Origin: a virus
Direction: 5' to 3' (one strand)
DNA: 64,000 nucleotides
IMG/VR virus record: IMGVR_UViG_3300047509_000156
Span: 1 to 64,000 of that record
Shown here piece after piece: positions 62,665 to 64,000 of the stretch. A model generated the notes under the pieces. The model did not search any database. It was not told the DNA's origin and saw only the letters and a program-made list of their open reading frames with translations. The position numbers were made by a program, and so were the translations under genes. How positions within the stretch are numbered: the stretch's first letter is position 1; the number at the start of each line of letters is the position of its first letter.

Positions 62665-62958
62665 TCACGAGACCTGCGGCAAGGGTCGGACGTGCCAGCG
62701 TCCCTTGACCTGGAAGCCCCAGAAGACGTTGGCGTCGTGCCATCCCTTCTGCCACTGCCGGTAACAGTGCCGGTCGTCGGCGTGACTGTAGGGGTTGTCC
62801 GACAGCCCCTTACCGGCGATGCGGTCGCTGGACCCGCGATTGAACGCTGTCGCCATCTGTTCGGTGAGCGTTTCCTTGTACTCCTGTTTCAATCCGCCCC
62901 CCCGGTCATCCGAGGGGGAATTCTCGTCATAGCCTGGCATCTTCTCGTGGTCGATCAT
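62665..62958 (-). CDS. RMF-like (ribosome modulation factor-like) protein
   Basis: AFNRG....AGK....NPY.......QWQKGW. Confidence 0.55.
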   Translation of the reverse strand: MIDHEKMPGYDENSPSDDRGGGLKQEYKETLTEQMATAFNRGSSDRIAGKGLSDNPYSHADDRHCYRQWQKGWHDANVFWGFQVKGRWHVRPLPQVS

Positions 62959-63221
62959 TCCTCTTCCTCCACTCGCTCCACCTTGAATTCCGGTAGGCTG
63001 TCCACGTCGATCAGCCGCCGCATCGCCGCCCGCGCCTCACCAGCCGTCCACGCTTGGACGATGAAGTCGATCTCCGTTCCGGCCAGGCGCCACAGGGGAG
63101 TTGGTTTCTTGAGGTGGACGACGCGGGCACCTATTTCCTTGTTGATATTGGCAAACGCACGCCTCTTACTCTTGGCAGACTTCAGGGAGGCGATCTGTTC
63201 GCTGATGCTTACCCGGCGCAT
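62955..63221 (-). CDS. Hypothetical protein
   Basis: GGAGG RBS. Confidence 0.55.
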   Translation of the reverse strand: MRRVSISEQIASLKSAKSKRRAFANINKEIGARVVHLKKPTPLWRLAGTEIDFIVQAWTAGEARAAMRRLIDVDSLPEFKVERVEEEE

Positions 63222-63829
63222 ACTTCCTCCTCCGGATACTCGTTACCCCAGCCATCGAAACCCGATCGCCTCTTACGGGAGAATAGTTCCAGTCGCGGTT
63301 CTGGGCTGCACTTCTCGACCATCTCCATGAAGGAGTCTGGTTTGACGCTGTGCGGCAGGCGTTCGGAGAGAAATAGAGTTGGTATCGCCTCCTCGACTTC
63401 CAGACGAAGTTTTCCACGGACGGCGAATAGGCAATGTTCCGTGGCACTGCGGAACCAGTACCCCGTCTTGCACGACGGCTCGAAGGAAGCCTTGTCGGCC
63501 TTTCTTACCTTGCCCCAGGTGATGATCGTCTTGGGTTTGAATCCCCACGCCCTAGCGAGGTCGTGTGCTTCCTCCATGAAGGAGTTTGTCGTCCAAAGAT
63601 AGAGGTGGGCGTCCTCCTGAACGAGAGACTGTACGCCCAGACGGATCAGATCGATCATGCTCATCGTCTCGTAGTGACTGCCAAGATCGGCCTGAATGAT
63701 CTCTGCCGCCCTCCCCTCCTGGCTGCCCCTGCCGCCATTGCCGACGACGGCGCGTGGCGAGTGATAGGGCCACGGCGGGTCAGCCACGATGCAGCGGTAG
63801 TGCTTCGGAAGATCACTCAATTGTCGCAT
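63209..63829 (-). CDS. MT-A70 family N6-adenine methyltransferase
   Basis: IVADPPW, LYLWTT, WGF..TWGK, HSVKPD, LELFSR..GFDGWGNE. Confidence 0.92.
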   Translation of the reverse strand: MRQLSDLPKHYRCIVADPPWPYHSPRAVVGNGGRGSQEGRAAEIIQADLGSHYETMSMIDLIRLGVQSLVQEDAHLYLWTTNSFMEEAHDLARAWGFKPKTIITWGKVRKADKASFEPSCKTGYWFRSATEHCLFAVRGKLRLEVEEAIPTLFLSERLPHSVKPDSFMEMVEKCSPEPRLELFSRKRRSGFDGWGNEYPEEEVCAG

Positions 63830-63841
63830 TTCCGCTCCTTA

Positions 63842-64000
63842 TTAGATTTCCCAGAGAGTAACCACGATCTTGCCGCCCTTGCACACTTCCTTGCGGATGA
63901 CATGTAGATCGTCGATATGTTCATCATCCTGATAAACTCCGGCCTTTTGCAGGGCGTCCAAAGTCGATTTGGCTAAGTTATCGATATCGCGTCCTCGACG
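63842..64000 (-). CDS. rusA: RusA-like Holliday junction resolvase (C-terminal part, truncated by the window)
   Basis: RDIDNLAKSTLDALQKAGVYQDD. Confidence 0.85.
   Translation of the reverse strand, partial: RRGRDIDNLAKSTLDALQKAGVYQDDEHIDDLHVIRKEVCKGGKIVVTLWEI

Noticed and set aside
1-64000. Genome-wide stop-codon reassignment
   Set aside because: Core genes are intact in the standard code and end in TGA, TAA or TAG; only one internal UGA was noticed.

Overview
This window is part of a tailed dsDNA phage or prophage genome, siphovirus-like and GC-rich, with almost all genes on the minus strand. The host is probably Planctomycetota (Gemmata-like), inferred from TIGR02996-type proteins, a planctomycete-style CsrA and an APAPFP-type signal peptide. 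The HK97-type morphogenesis genes are scattered among small accessory ORFs: split terminase (0-6 kb), prohead protease (13 kb), portal (19 kb), fibres and repeat proteins (15-29 kb), tail (35-43 kb), head-tail proteins (48-51 kb), capsid and scaffold (55-60 kb). Main observations: (1) two tandem small genes in which a twin-arginine (Tat-like) leader is fused to a copy of part of the phage's own portal protein (34/66 and 19/27 identity, ungapped), alongside other virion-fragment mini-genes and a terminase split into ATPase and nuclease genes, suggesting a decoy or evasion system; (2) a 1206-aa protein ending in an ECF-type sigma factor, encoded behind the prohead protease, plus six copies of an ECF-like promoter (T/G)GTCAC-N15-GCGTA(T/C)A, one upstream of a second sigma gene, suggesting an injected-sigma cascade; (3) an ORF-less group I intron in a CTG-initiated virion gene flanked by two homing endonucleases; (4) two tRNAs lacking U33 and a tRNA-like RNA with a structured insert; (5) a solo TnpB element whose guide seed is duplicated at its left junction; (6) two proteins with 16-17 acidic W-x8-W repeats; (7) an in-frame UGA inside a hairpin. 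All family assignments come from reading motifs by eye, not from database searches.
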